A stretch of DNA of 36,430 nt from an uncultured bacterium (GTDB lineage: Bacteria; T1Sed10-126). The DNA lies in the NCBI GenBank assembly GCA_964440635.1, contig CAYTSZ010000002.1, forward strand, positions 1 through 36,430. Direction: 5' to 3'. Every line of letters begins with the position of its first letter. Positions within the stretch are counted from its first letter, which is position 1. This document shows positions 25,625-34,528 of this stretch, piece by piece. The notes under the pieces were generated by a model that saw nothing but the letters and a program-made list of their open reading frames with translations, searched no databases and was not told the origin of the DNA. The translations under genes were made by a program, and so were the position numbers.

Positions 25625-27343
25625 TCAATCCACAATTATATTTGTTAATCTCTGTATCCCGCGACCGTCTACCACATCCCGGGTTGAGGAGGCCCAGTTG
25701 ACTCTTGTTTCGTAATCAAGCGCTTTATTTAATTTTTCCCGCCAGGCTTGAGGTTCGGAATTCGATGCTATAAGCGGCCAGCTTATATCGTTTTTTTCTA
25801 CAAACCGGCGGCTATTTTGATACTGCTCATCATGTTGAGCAATAATAATAGCCGGAATCTGCAGTGCCGCTATTTCAAACTTAATCACTCCTCCGGATAT
25901 ACACATCAAATCGAGTGAAGAAAACGCCAGGGCCGGATCATCCACACTTCCTCTGTTTATAAGATTGCCGGGGTGGGGAGAAGTCGCCGGAGGACCGAAA
26001 AGATGAAATTCTATTCCTGGATAATCCGAAACAATATTTTTGACAAACTGCCGGGCCAGACCGGCCGGATCTGTCCCCCCGAAACAGAGACCCACTTTTG
26101 TCATCTTTTCTTTTATCTCTTCGACTTTGTTTTTAGCAAACCGGGGATCAATCAGGGCAAAACGGGGACCATAACACTGATTGTGAGACGGCAGCTTGTC
26201 TTCCGTAAGTGTACCCGGATAAATATTCGGATCAAAAACAAAATCCATCCGTCCCCTGCCTGTCCCCCTGTCTTCAATTCCTATTACAGTGCAGCCGTTT
26301 TCCCGTAATTTTTCTACCGTTTGTATATCGGTGTATTTACGATCAAGGATTAATTTCCGGGCACCGCTTCTTATTTGCCAGCGACAAACATCTTCCTCCG
26401 TCAGCGGAGACGGTAATACAGCCAGGCTCTGGAAATTTTTGTTTTTCTCCCTCTCGCACACTTTTGACTCTGAAGTTTCCCCGACCAGAAAATAGTTTTT
26501 ATATTTTTTACCTTCTGATTTTTTCAAAAAACTCGCTATGTTCCGACAGCGGTGCCAGTGCCCGTGCCCCCACTGACGCCCGCAATTAAAAGAATATAAA
26601 ACAGATTTTCTTTTACCGTATACTTCCTGCTTGATTTCTGAATTTAACCCGGCAATGTCGGGATTCTCACATAAGTACTCAATCACTTCCGGAAGCGACA
26701 GTTCCCAACCACGCTCAGGGAAATGCGCATATATATGTCTGATCAACTCAAGATCTTTTTCTGTATCCACGGTCAACCGCAAACCGGGAGCCCGGTATTC
26801 AACCGGCGCCGGACGGCGCAGAGGTCGGCTCCGGGGATGTCTTTTTATCCACAGTGTAACATGCTCTCGATCTCGAAGGGTGCTGGCTTTGCGGTGGGCT
26901 TCCTCCAGCCAGTAACGCCGAAAAACAGCACAGGCCGAACCCAGCGGCAGCAAGGTATGAGCGGCCCAATCAGCTCCCGTCCTCATCAATTCTTCTATAT
27001 TACTTTTTATCAGAGAAGTGGCAATAAGAGGATTATCACCGGTAACCCTCACCACCGGATCGGCGGCAGGAAAACGCTCAAGAACACTATTAAATCTCCC
27101 CAGAACATCAAGTTCCGAACCGCGGACAATCTCGCAGGGCCAGGCAGCGGCTACCTCGGCCAGCCGGTCATCACCCGGATTTTCAGGCAAAGCAAGAACC
27201 ACTTTTTCTACACCCTGCCGGACCCGTCTGACAACATATTCCAGCAGCGGGCGCTCATTTATTTTCATTAAAGATTTACCGGGCAGACGGGTCGAACCGA
27301 TACGGGCCTGAATAATAGCCAGCGGATAGTTTTTCATTATCAA
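25625..27343 (-). CDS. fusion protein: N-terminal cytidylyltransferase (SpsF / CTP_transf_3-like), C-terminal PseG/SpsG-like (GT28-type) domain
   Basis: N-terminus AIIQARIGSTRLPGKSL (acylneuraminate/SpsF cytidylyltransferase signature). The C-terminal half has GHGHWHRCRNIA and GGTDPAGL, as in PseG-type UDP-sugar hydrolases/glycosyltransferases. It is the last gene of the pepM operon. Confidence 0.7.
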   Translation of the reverse strand: MIMKNYPLAIIQARIGSTRLPGKSLMKINERPLLEYVVRRVRQGVEKVVLALPENPGDDRLAEVAAAWPCEIVRGSELDVLGRFNSVLERFPAADPVVRVTGDNPLIATSLIKSNIEELMRTGADWAAHTLLPLGSACAVFRRYWLEEAHRKASTLRDREHVTLWIKRHPRSRPLRRPAPVEYRAPGLRLTVDTEKDLELIRHIYAHFPERGWELSLPEVIEYLCENPDIAGLNSEIKQEVYGKRKSVLYSFNCGRQWGHGHWHRCRNIASFLKKSEGKKYKNYFLVGETSESKVCEREKNKNFQSLAVLPSPLTEEDVCRWQIRSGARKLILDRKYTDIQTVEKLRENGCTVIGIEDRGTGRGRMDFVFDPNIYPGTLTEDKLPSHNQCYGPRFALIDPRFAKNKVEEIKEKMTKVGLCFGGTDPAGLARQFVKNIVSDYPGIEFHLFGPPATSPHPGNLINRGSVDDPALAFSSLDLMCISGGVIKFEIAALQIPAIIIAQHDEQYQNSRRFVEKNDISWPLIASNSEPQAWREKLNKALDYETRVNWASSTRDVVDGRGIQRLTNIIVD

Positions 27344-27413
27344 AAGCTCCGGGAAATAATTTTCGTCAGAAAAAACAGAAAGAAAAAACAGGGGAAATTT
27401 TTCTCTTTACTCA

Positions 27414-28547
27414 TCAGAGGGAAGCGGTAATGATCCGTTTTATATCCGTTTCACTGACACTGCGGATATTATTTCCTGCTCGCTGGGGAGTATACATTTC
27501 TCCCGAAAGTTCTTCCAGCCGGACCGAATCGGGAAGATACTTATCAAGCCAGGAATTTATCTGTATCTTATCCAGCCAGGCCTCCAGCTCATCAGCAAAC
27601 TGCCGGTGACCGGCGAACCCAAGCTTGTCCGGTAATGAAACAAAAGGATGGGAGGGCACCAAAGCTGCATCAGCATTAAAACGCAAAATTTCCGGCAGAG
27701 TAAAACCGCAGGCCAAACCGTGCGGCAGACCAAACCGGGCGGTCAGGGGATACGAAATAGAATGAGCCAGGGCGGTTCGAGTCTGGCTTATAGCCAGACC
27801 ACTGAGCAGGCTGGCCTGCATCAGATTAGAACGGGCTGAAAGATCCTGTGGATTATTTAAAGCAACGGGTAAAAATTCTAAGACAAGCTTGATTCCTTCC
27901 AGCGCCCAGCCAGCGGTAATCCGGGTGGAATTTTTATTCCATATCGATTCCAGGCACTGACTCAGAGCATCAAGTCCTCCACTGACCGTGACTACCGGAG
28001 GTAAAGTTTTAGTTAACTCAGGGTCAAGAAGAGCCGTGCCGGCAAAAATATTTTCACCGGCAAGAGAATATTTTTTCCTGGCTTCCTCATCCCAGACAGT
28101 AGCAAAAGGAGTTACCTCACCCCCGGTTCCGGAAGTGGTGGGAATTGTAATTAAATCAAGCGGCTTAAAGGAGGGCAGCGGAGTCGAATTTTTCAAATGT
28201 TCACCAAGTTTGAAACTTTTCCCCAGCGGATGTAAAAGGAGACTGAACGCCTTGGCACTATCCATAGCACTCCCTCCGCCCAGGCCTATCAAGGTCATAT
28301 TTTCGGAACAAGCCAATTCATCCCGGGCAGATTCTAACTGCCGGAAAGAAGGATTGGGGGTAACCCGGTCGTAAACCTCAACTCTGGTTTCGGAAAGCAA
28401 ATTGGTTACTTTTTCACTCACTCCCCGGCGGCTGGTGCCGGGGGTGGTAACCAGCAAAACAGAATCAGCAGAGACGATCTCTTTTAATTTCGACAGAGAA
28501 TCAAAATATACCCGGACCGGATTGTAAAACTGCCAGCTTTTATTCAT
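27414..28547 (-). CDS. iron-containing (group III) alcohol dehydrogenase, probable phosphonoacetaldehyde reductase
   Basis: GLGGGSAMDSAK and the histidine-rich C-terminal Fe-ADH pattern (ALAHSISYPL...HG). The functional call rests on its position in the pepM-ppd operon, like FomC/PhpC. Confidence 0.75.
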   Translation of the reverse strand: MNKSWQFYNPVRVYFDSLSKLKEIVSADSVLLVTTPGTSRRGVSEKVTNLLSETRVEVYDRVTPNPSFRQLESARDELACSENMTLIGLGGGSAMDSAKAFSLLLHPLGKSFKLGEHLKNSTPLPSFKPLDLITIPTTSGTGGEVTPFATVWDEEARKKYSLAGENIFAGTALLDPELTKTLPPVVTVSGGLDALSQCLESIWNKNSTRITAGWALEGIKLVLEFLPVALNNPQDLSARSNLMQASLLSGLAISQTRTALAHSISYPLTARFGLPHGLACGFTLPEILRFNADAALVPSHPFVSLPDKLGFAGHRQFADELEAWLDKIQINSWLDKYLPDSVRLEELSGEMYTPQRAGNNIRSVSETDIKRIITASL

Positions 28548-28594
28548 TTGAATTCATCAGTTCCCCGGCGCACAATACACGTATAATATACATG

Positions 28595-29302
28595 TTATTT
28601 TTCGAAAAGTTCACGGGCGGTCTGCCAGTCTGCTTCATCGTCTATTTCCATCCAGGGCCGACTGCGGGTGGCGATCAATTTGAACGGAACACCCCCGGCA
28701 GCCAACCGGTTGAAGGCGACCGTGTCATAATCGTTAAATTTTTCTTCCATCAATAACTCTGTCATTATTTCGTATAGATTACGCTGACGGGCGACAGGAA
28801 AACTGGTTAACCCTATCCATTCTCCGGCAGCTTCATCTAACGGTATTTCCTTGCTGGATTCTATGAATTGCTGTTTATCGCAGCGAACTTTCATAGCTTC
28901 GGGATGAACGCTGTCGAAATCCACGCTCAAAGAAATTTTATCTCCGGAAGATTGTTCGACAAAATCAGCAAGTATTCTTTCATCATAAATAAGATCGCTG
29001 TGCAGGTATAAAAGATCGGCATTTTCTACCCGGGGCAGAGCAAACCACAGCGAGGCCATGTTATTTGTGGTCGCATAAAAAGGGTTGTGAAAAATTTCGG
29101 CCCGGCCTTCCAGATGTTTTTCGAGTTTTTCGTTCTGAAAACCGACAACAACATAAACCGTCTCAACTCCGTTTTCTTTCAATAATCGGATACTGCGATC
29201 TATTAAGGCCTCCCCGGCAAGCTCAAGCATGCATTTGGGTGTTTCCAGAGTTCGGGGATAAAGCCGGGACGACTGCCCGGCGGCAACAATCAAAGCATTC
29301 AT
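28595..29302 (-). CDS. LicC-like nucleotidyltransferase (cytidylyltransferase family)
   Basis: N-terminal ALIVAAGQSSRL...PKCML, central GEWIGL, C-terminal WMEIDD. It is a paralog of the C-terminal domain of the PepM fusion. Confidence 0.8.
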   Translation of the reverse strand: MNALIVAAGQSSRLYPRTLETPKCMLELAGEALIDRSIRLLKENGVETVYVVVGFQNEKLEKHLEGRAEIFHNPFYATTNNMASLWFALPRVENADLLYLHSDLIYDERILADFVEQSSGDKISLSVDFDSVHPEAMKVRCDKQQFIESSKEIPLDEAAGEWIGLTSFPVARQRNLYEIMTELLMEEKFNDYDTVAFNRLAAGGVPFKLIATRSRPWMEIDDEADWQTARELFEK

Positions 29303-29323
29303 TATTTTTCTACTCCTGTTTTT

Positions 29324-30469
29324 TTAGTCTTTTATAAATTTCATGAACCGTTTTTTTACTTCTTCCGGTCTAAGATGCGGACGGGGCAAATCCGGCGGCG
29401 AACCGGGTTTTATTTTAAGATGAATCAAACTCGGGCCATCTTTAACGGTGGCATCCTTCAGCGCACCGGTAAAACTTTTCGCTGTCTCCGCGCAGTAGGT
29501 ATGTCTGTAGTTGCAACCGGCAGCCACTGAAGTGAAATCAACCACTTCGCTGACCGTTTTCTGTCCCCCGGTTGAGTCGTGACATTCATTATCCAGAATT
29601 ATGTGCAACATATTTTTAGGTAGATAACCACCGATGGTAGCCATATTACCCAGTTTCATTAAAGCCGCTCCATCTCCGTCCAGCACAGCCACCGGCTGAC
29701 GGGGGCTGTTAAGGGCCAGACCACAGCCTATAGCCGAAGCGGTTCCCATACCACCTACCACATAGAGATTATTCTCGCGATCATTGCGGCTGTAAAGTTC
29801 CCTGCCTATTTTCCCGGTCGACCCGATCAGTGCAGTATCCTGCGGAATATTTTCATCTATTATTTTTATCGCCGAACGGCGGTCAAGTTCATAGCCTCCG
29901 GATTCTTTTGGACGATTCAAACGCTCAGTTTCAATCGGCCGGGGACTGAACTCTGTTTCCCGTTCATAGGGTTCCACATTCCCGCGCGACAGCAGCAAAG
30001 CGAAGGGAAACTCATTTTCATTCATCCATTCATCGGCTTCGGTTAATACTTTGGAGATATCTTGCGGATTATCAGGAAACCGCCTCCAGGGAATACCGAT
30101 TGTTTCCAGCAGTTCCGGCAGTATCTTCCCCATAAGCGTATGCTGGGGCTCATCCCCACTACCGGGTTCACCCCGCCAGGTAATAATCAAGAGGGTGGGA
30201 ATTCGAAATGGTTCACAGAGTGAAGTCAGGGGATTGACCATGTTTCCAAATCCGGAATTCTGGCAGATTGTTACTGTCTTTTTACCGGCCAGGTAAGCCC
30301 CGATATTAATTCCCACTGCCTCTCCCTCACTGGAGGCAGCAACATAATCAATCCGCTCGTCATCAATTACCCGGTTAATAAAAGGTTTTAGCAGTGAACA
30401 GGGCACACCACTGCAGTTTGTGTATCCTCTTTTTTGAAGTGCACTTATAAAACGGTCGGCTTTAATCAT
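29324..30469 (-). CDS. ppd: phosphonopyruvate decarboxylase (ThDP-dependent)
   Basis: 381 aa with the N-terminal GVPCS.LK pattern and the ThDP-binding motif LDGDGAALM...N. It lies 2 nt downstream of pepM. Confidence 0.88.
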   Translation of the reverse strand: MIKADRFISALQKRGYTNCSGVPCSLLKPFINRVIDDERIDYVAASSEGEAVGINIGAYLAGKKTVTICQNSGFGNMVNPLTSLCEPFRIPTLLIITWRGEPGSGDEPQHTLMGKILPELLETIGIPWRRFPDNPQDISKVLTEADEWMNENEFPFALLLSRGNVEPYERETEFSPRPIETERLNRPKESGGYELDRRSAIKIIDENIPQDTALIGSTGKIGRELYSRNDRENNLYVVGGMGTASAIGCGLALNSPRQPVAVLDGDGAALMKLGNMATIGGYLPKNMLHIILDNECHDSTGGQKTVSEVVDFTSVAAGCNYRHTYCAETAKSFTGALKDATVKDGPSLIHLKIKPGSPPDLPRPHLRPEEVKKRFMKFIKD

Positions 30470-30471
30470 TT

Positions 30472-32073
30472 TTAAAATTTCTGGGCTTCGGTGAGATCTT
30501 CCAGTTCATCCACATCAAGCCAGTGACCGGAAATATAATGAACTTTAATCTTATGACCGCCGGCGAGTAATTTGTTAAACAGGTCCTTAAAACGAAGTTT
30601 TTTAATATTACTTTCACCGGCTAATTTCTGTAAGGATTCTTTGATTATTGCCGTCCCGACGGCGGTTGTTTTTACAAGTCCAATCCATTCTCCGTCTATT
30701 TCAGATTGATCAATATCCGGATCAATATCCTCAAGGAAAACTTCATCCTCACTATATTCGAGCGTGTAGGGGCGCGATGTTTTTACATAATCAACGTACT
30801 GGCGGTCGCGGGGCCTCTCTTCCCAGTTGCTATCCACCGTTATAACGATATCCCCTTCCTCGTTCAGAAGAGTATTCAAAATATACTGACGAAACAGGAT
30901 ATCACCGTAAGAGATGATCATCTCCCCGTCCATAACCTCTCGTGATTTATAGAGGGAATAAAGTTCCCCTGTTTCTTCATATTCCTCCAGATCTATATAG
31001 CTGGCACCTTCCACCTCGACCTCTTCTTTCTTGTAACCCCGAGCCACATTGATATCCCTGATTCCGACATCACGCAGTTGATCAGCCAGTTTGTGCAAGA
31101 TCGGCTCACCGCTTATGTTCAGCATTGTTTTGGGTTTAAATTCAGTCAAATCCTGAAGCTGCTTGCCCTGGGAGGCGGCAAGGATTAAAGCCCGGCGGGT
31201 CTGGTGAGTGGATGGCAGATACTGTTCTTCCGCCTCCTGGAGTTCCCGGGCCTGCTGGAGGCGAAATATCTCGCTGACCGGAACAATCTCATCCTCCACG
31301 TCTCGCAAAGAACGATCCTCATATATTTTTTGGCTGGTCTCTTTCATGGCTGTTATGGCACTGCGCAGGTTATGATTGGCCCAGATAACCATGCTGACGC
31401 CGGCATTTTCAAATACCTCGGAGGGGGTACTGTAATACATAGTGGGAACAAGAAAAACCGGCACATCACGGTCCCAGTTATCCATGAAAGACAGAACCTG
31501 TTCGGGACCGGATATTTTACTGTGACAGAGAATTGCGTCCGCTCCGGCATCTGCATAACGGTTAGCGCGCAAAAGAGCCTCATCCAGACCCCAACCGGCA
31601 ATAAAAGCTTCAATTCGGGCTACAATACAAAACTGCTCGCCGCGGCGCGCGTCACAGCCGGCGGTTATTTTACCGGCAAACTCTTCCATATCCGCAAGCG
31701 GTTGCTGCTCGCTGTTAATAAAAGAGTTGGTTTTGGGAAACTCTTTGTCTTCAATGCAGACCCCTCCAACCCCGCGCTGTTCCAGCTTTTCCACCAGACG
31801 GCGCATATTGTTAAAATTACCGAATCCTGTATCTCCGTCAAGCAAAACGGGGATATCAACGGCATCAGCCATAAACTCTGTGCTTTCCAGCACCTGCGTC
31901 CAGGAGAGTTCGTTATTGTCTCTCACCCCGTGAGCAGCCGAGATGGACAGACCACTGCCCCAGATCCCTTTAAAACCTGTCTCCTCTACAATCCGCGCGC
32001 TGAGCCCATCGTGAGCTTCCATTATAAATTCAAGGTTTGGGCTATGAAGTAACTCTTTCAGAGTTTTGGCCAA
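30472..32073 (-). CDS. pepM: phosphoenolpyruvate phosphomutase fused to a C-terminal LicC-like nucleotidyltransferase domain
   Basis: The N-terminal 290 aa belong to the isocitrate-lyase superfamily and carry the PepM-diagnostic EDK-x5-NS motif ([13 protein letters not shown]) plus DGDTGFG. Residues from about 295 to 533 are an NTP-transferase fold ([12 protein letters not shown]...PKTML...GEWIGL...WLDVD). Confidence 0.9.
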   Translation of the reverse strand: MAKTLKELLHSPNLEFIMEAHDGLSARIVEETGFKGIWGSGLSISAAHGVRDNNELSWTQVLESTEFMADAVDIPVLLDGDTGFGNFNNMRRLVEKLEQRGVGGVCIEDKEFPKTNSFINSEQQPLADMEEFAGKITAGCDARRGEQFCIVARIEAFIAGWGLDEALLRANRYADAGADAILCHSKISGPEQVLSFMDNWDRDVPVFLVPTMYYSTPSEVFENAGVSMVIWANHNLRSAITAMKETSQKIYEDRSLRDVEDEIVPVSEIFRLQQARELQEAEEQYLPSTHQTRRALILAASQGKQLQDLTEFKPKTMLNISGEPILHKLADQLRDVGIRDINVARGYKKEEVEVEGASYIDLEEYEETGELYSLYKSREVMDGEMIISYGDILFRQYILNTLLNEEGDIVITVDSNWEERPRDRQYVDYVKTSRPYTLEYSEDEVFLEDIDPDIDQSEIDGEWIGLVKTTAVGTAIIKESLQKLAGESNIKKLRFKDLFNKLLAGGHKIKVHYISGHWLDVDELEDLTEAQKF

Positions 32074-32161
32074 AAGTAAAACTCCTTATATCAGGATACG
32101 GGTTAATCAAATCACACCTATTTCCGGCCAAGGCTGCTGTCAAACCGGCATTAATAAAATA

Positions 32162-32189
32162 TTTTTACACATTTTGCATCTATTAACAA
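32162..32189 (-). promoter_or_regulatory. candidate sigma70-type promoter for the pepM operon
   Basis: On the minus strand: TTGTTA (32189-32184), 16-nt spacer, TAAAAA/T (32167-32162), about 90 nt upstream of the pepM ATG. Pattern match only. Confidence 0.3.
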
Positions 32190-32231
32190 GCTTCGGACTA
32201 CAAATAAGACTTTCCGCTCTCCACCGTTATA

Positions 32232-33425
32232 TCAGCGAAAACGCAGCGGCGGACGTTCAATATAAGGAGCCGAGGTTCCAAAACCTATACTTTCAACAAT
32301 TTTGCGGGCCAATACGACCAGGGTGGATTTTTTGGTCCGACCGGTTGCCCGGACCAATTGCCGGCCCCGGGGATCATGCAGAACCGCCGACGCATCATAA
32401 TGGATACCATCATAACTAAAAAAACCGGTGATCAACAAGTTTTGATCCAGCAGTTTAAGAAATTTTTTAATTTGCTGCCGGGAGAGACGATTCTGAAGTA
32501 TGGCCCGTTCCAGTGAATCTCTCCTTTCATATACCGATATTTTTTTCATACCGAGACTTTGCAGCTCTTCAGCAAGCATTTCGGCTTCAAATTTAAGATC
32601 GGGTTCCGTCTGCCACTGCAAAAGAGCAATTTTAACCTCTTCGGCCGCGGTCAGCATTTCTTTGGACGGAAGCTCCCGCGCGGGGTAAGTATCCGTTTTA
32701 AGATCGGGATTGTAATCCTTCATAACCTCAGGATCATAGCCGAAATTTATGCCAACACCAAAATCAAAACGAATATCCTCTAAATAACGGGCTTCAAAAT
32801 TCAGAGTATAAAAACTATCTCTCGCCGGCGTGGTGTCAGCAAAGGGAATAGCTATATTCACCCCGGCAAAAACACCCTGCGATTTTTTCTGACGAAAAAT
32901 AGTATTCCCGCCGTCCAGAGCTCGCTGCTGAAAATAAACAAGCCCGCCGTACGGATGAACCCCACTGCCGGCATCATAATCAAACCCGGTATGAAAACTG
33001 TATTCACGCTGATCAAAATTCTCCCCGTCATCATTTTCCGGACGCCAGAACAAGCCGGAAAAACCACAGCCCCAGGAGAGGCGGCCAAAATCAACCAGCT
33101 CAAGCCGGGTCCCGACTCCTCCGACCGGCCGAAAACTGCTGTTGAAGTCTTTGCCCTGGTCAGCCCCGCCCATTAGACCAAAAACGTCCCAGGTCGGGCC
33201 GCCGTAACCCACTTCCAGCAAAAACCGGCTGCTACTCATTTCTGCAGTCTGATTGCCCTTCTCAACCTCATCGAAAAAACGCTCCCCAAAAATGCTCGTA
33301 TGAATCCCACGGTTGACAACCGAGGCTCCACCCAGACGAACCGCATATAGTTCCGCCGGAAAAACCAGCGGCAGTAATAAAAACAAAAAAACAACAATTC
33401 GTTTCAAAACTGATACACTCCTCAA
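32232..33425 (-). CDS. secreted or outer-membrane-associated protein of unknown function
   Basis: 397 aa with an N-terminal signal-peptide-like segment (KRIVVFLFLLLPLVFPAELYA). The N-terminal half is Gly/aromatic-rich with alternating beta-strand character. I recognise no family for the C-terminal roughly 150 aa. Confidence 0.5.
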   Translation of the reverse strand: MRSVSVLKRIVVFLFLLLPLVFPAELYAVRLGGASVVNRGIHTSIFGERFFDEVEKGNQTAEMSSSRFLLEVGYGGPTWDVFGLMGGADQGKDFNSSFRPVGGVGTRLELVDFGRLSWGCGFSGLFWRPENDDGENFDQREYSFHTGFDYDAGSGVHPYGGLVYFQQRALDGGNTIFRQKKSQGVFAGVNIAIPFADTTPARDSFYTLNFEARYLEDIRFDFGVGINFGYDPEVMKDYNPDLKTDTYPARELPSKEMLTAAEEVKIALLQWQTEPDLKFEAEMLAEELQSLGMKKISVYERRDSLERAILQNRLSRQQIKKFLKLLDQNLLITGFFSYDGIHYDASAVLHDPRGRQLVRATGRTKKSTLVVLARKIVESIGFGTSAPYIERPPLRFR

Positions 33426-33496
33426 CTGACAACAGCAGTTGTAACTTCTGGACGGCTAAAAAAATCTCCGCGCCCTATCTTTCCCGCAAGAGGTCT

Positions 33497-33525
33497 TTTT
33501 GAACTCAACCTATACAGGTTATAAT
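33497..33525 (+). promoter_or_regulatory. candidate sigma70-type promoter for pyrF-orf94-LOG
   Basis: Perfect TATAAT at 33520-33525. The -35 is imperfect: TTGAAC with a 15-nt spacer or TTTGAA with a 16-nt spacer. It lies about 62 nt upstream of the pyrF ATG. Pattern match only. Confidence 0.3.
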
Positions 33526-33587
33526 ACTTGTAACAGGGAATAAATTGCAAGATCATTGACTTCGTTTTACTATTCTGGAGGCTAAAT

Positions 33588-34247
33588 ATGTGGCCACAAA
33601 AAAGCGGTATTATGCTTGCACTGGATCTGCCAGATAAAGGCAGCGCATTTTCATTGCTCGATAAAATCATCCCGGATATTGATGTAATCAAGTTCAACTA
33701 TCCGCTTGTATTGAGAGAAGGAATTGAGCTGCTGGCTGAGACAAAAAAACGCTATGACAAACCAATTTTTGCAGATTTTAAAATAGCCGATGTTCCGGTA
33801 ACCAATAACAGGATTATCCAGCTCTGCCAGGACAATGGAGCTGACGCGGTGATGATTCATGGTTTTGTCGGTATCGAGGCCCTTCAAAAAGCGCGTGAGA
33901 TTGCCGGTTCCATCAAACTGTTTCTGATGACCCAGCTTACCAACCCGGGCGGGCTGGACTTTTACGCACCTTATTCGAAAAAATTCTGTGAGATCGCGCG
34001 CACTCTTGGAATGGACGGTATCCAGGCACCGGGGAACAGACCGGAGGCAGTCAAAAAAGCAAGAGAGATTGTCGGAGAAGATCTGCTCATCGTTTCCTGC
34101 GGTATAGGAGCCCAGGGAGGTAAATTTGGCGGTGCTCTTAAGGCGGGTGCTGATTATGAAATCATCGGCAGGGCTATCTATCAGTCAGAACAACCGGAGC
34201 AAAAAGTAAACGAAATAAAAAAAGTTCTTCAAGAGCACCTGACATGA
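33588..34247 (+). CDS. pyrF: orotidine-5'-phosphate decarboxylase (short archaeal-like type)
   Basis: LALD near the N-terminus, the DFKIAD (DxKxxD) catalytic motif, and C-terminal IIGRAI. GGAGG lies 6 nt upstream of the ATG. Confidence 0.85.
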   Translation: MWPQKSGIMLALDLPDKGSAFSLLDKIIPDIDVIKFNYPLVLREGIELLAETKKRYDKPIFADFKIADVPVTNNRIIQLCQDNGADAVMIHGFVGIEALQKAREIAGSIKLFLMTQLTNPGGLDFYAPYSKKFCEIARTLGMDGIQAPGNRPEAVKKAREIVGEDLLIVSCGIGAQGGKFGGALKAGADYEIIGRAIYQSEQPEQKVNEIKKVLQEHLT

Positions 34248-34528
34248 AAAAAATAGAGTTGACCCAGCATGAATACTGCGCCGAAGATGACACCTATACA
34301 CTTCAGGCCCAACTTAAAAATAAACTTGAGCTGGATGAAATAGCCCGAAAAGCTCGCCGGCTGGGCTACAAGGTTATTAACATGCAGAATTTAAACACAG
34401 TGGTAGTTATAACCTCCGGCCCCACAATCCACCTGCATGGAAACGGTAAAATCGTGGCGAACAGAGCCCGGGATAAAAATAAGGTGGCCGGCATACTAAA
34501 AGAAATAATAGGGGATGAAGAAAAATGA
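34244..34528 (+). CDS. hypothetical 94-aa protein
   Basis: The ORF is translationally coupled at both ends, with ATGA overlaps to pyrF and to the LOG gene. I can name no family with confidence. Confidence 0.55.
   Translation: MKKIELTQHEYCAEDDTYTLQAQLKNKLELDEIARKARRLGYKVINMQNLNTVVVITSGPTIHLHGNGKIVANRARDKNKVAGILKEIIGDEEK

Noticed and set aside
31204-32052. 282-aa plus-strand ORF antisense to pepM; similar long antisense ORFs at 6125-6727, 18490-19086, 19196-19825 and 26723-27271
   Set aside because: They are shadow ORFs opposite strongly supported conserved genes. Their composition is low-complexity or odd, they have no RBS, and I recognise no family.
33545-33573. Second promoter-like match TTGCAA-17 nt-TACTAT just upstream of pyrF
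   Set aside because: The predicted transcription start would fall inside the GGAGG ribosome-binding site, leaving no usable leader. The upstream TATAAT candidate was kept instead, at low confidence.
33422-33697. 91-aa minus-strand ORF spanning the divergent promoter region and the pyrF start
   Set aside because: It overlaps the pyrF 5' end in antisense and has no RBS or recognisable family. The region is better explained as a divergent promoter spacer.
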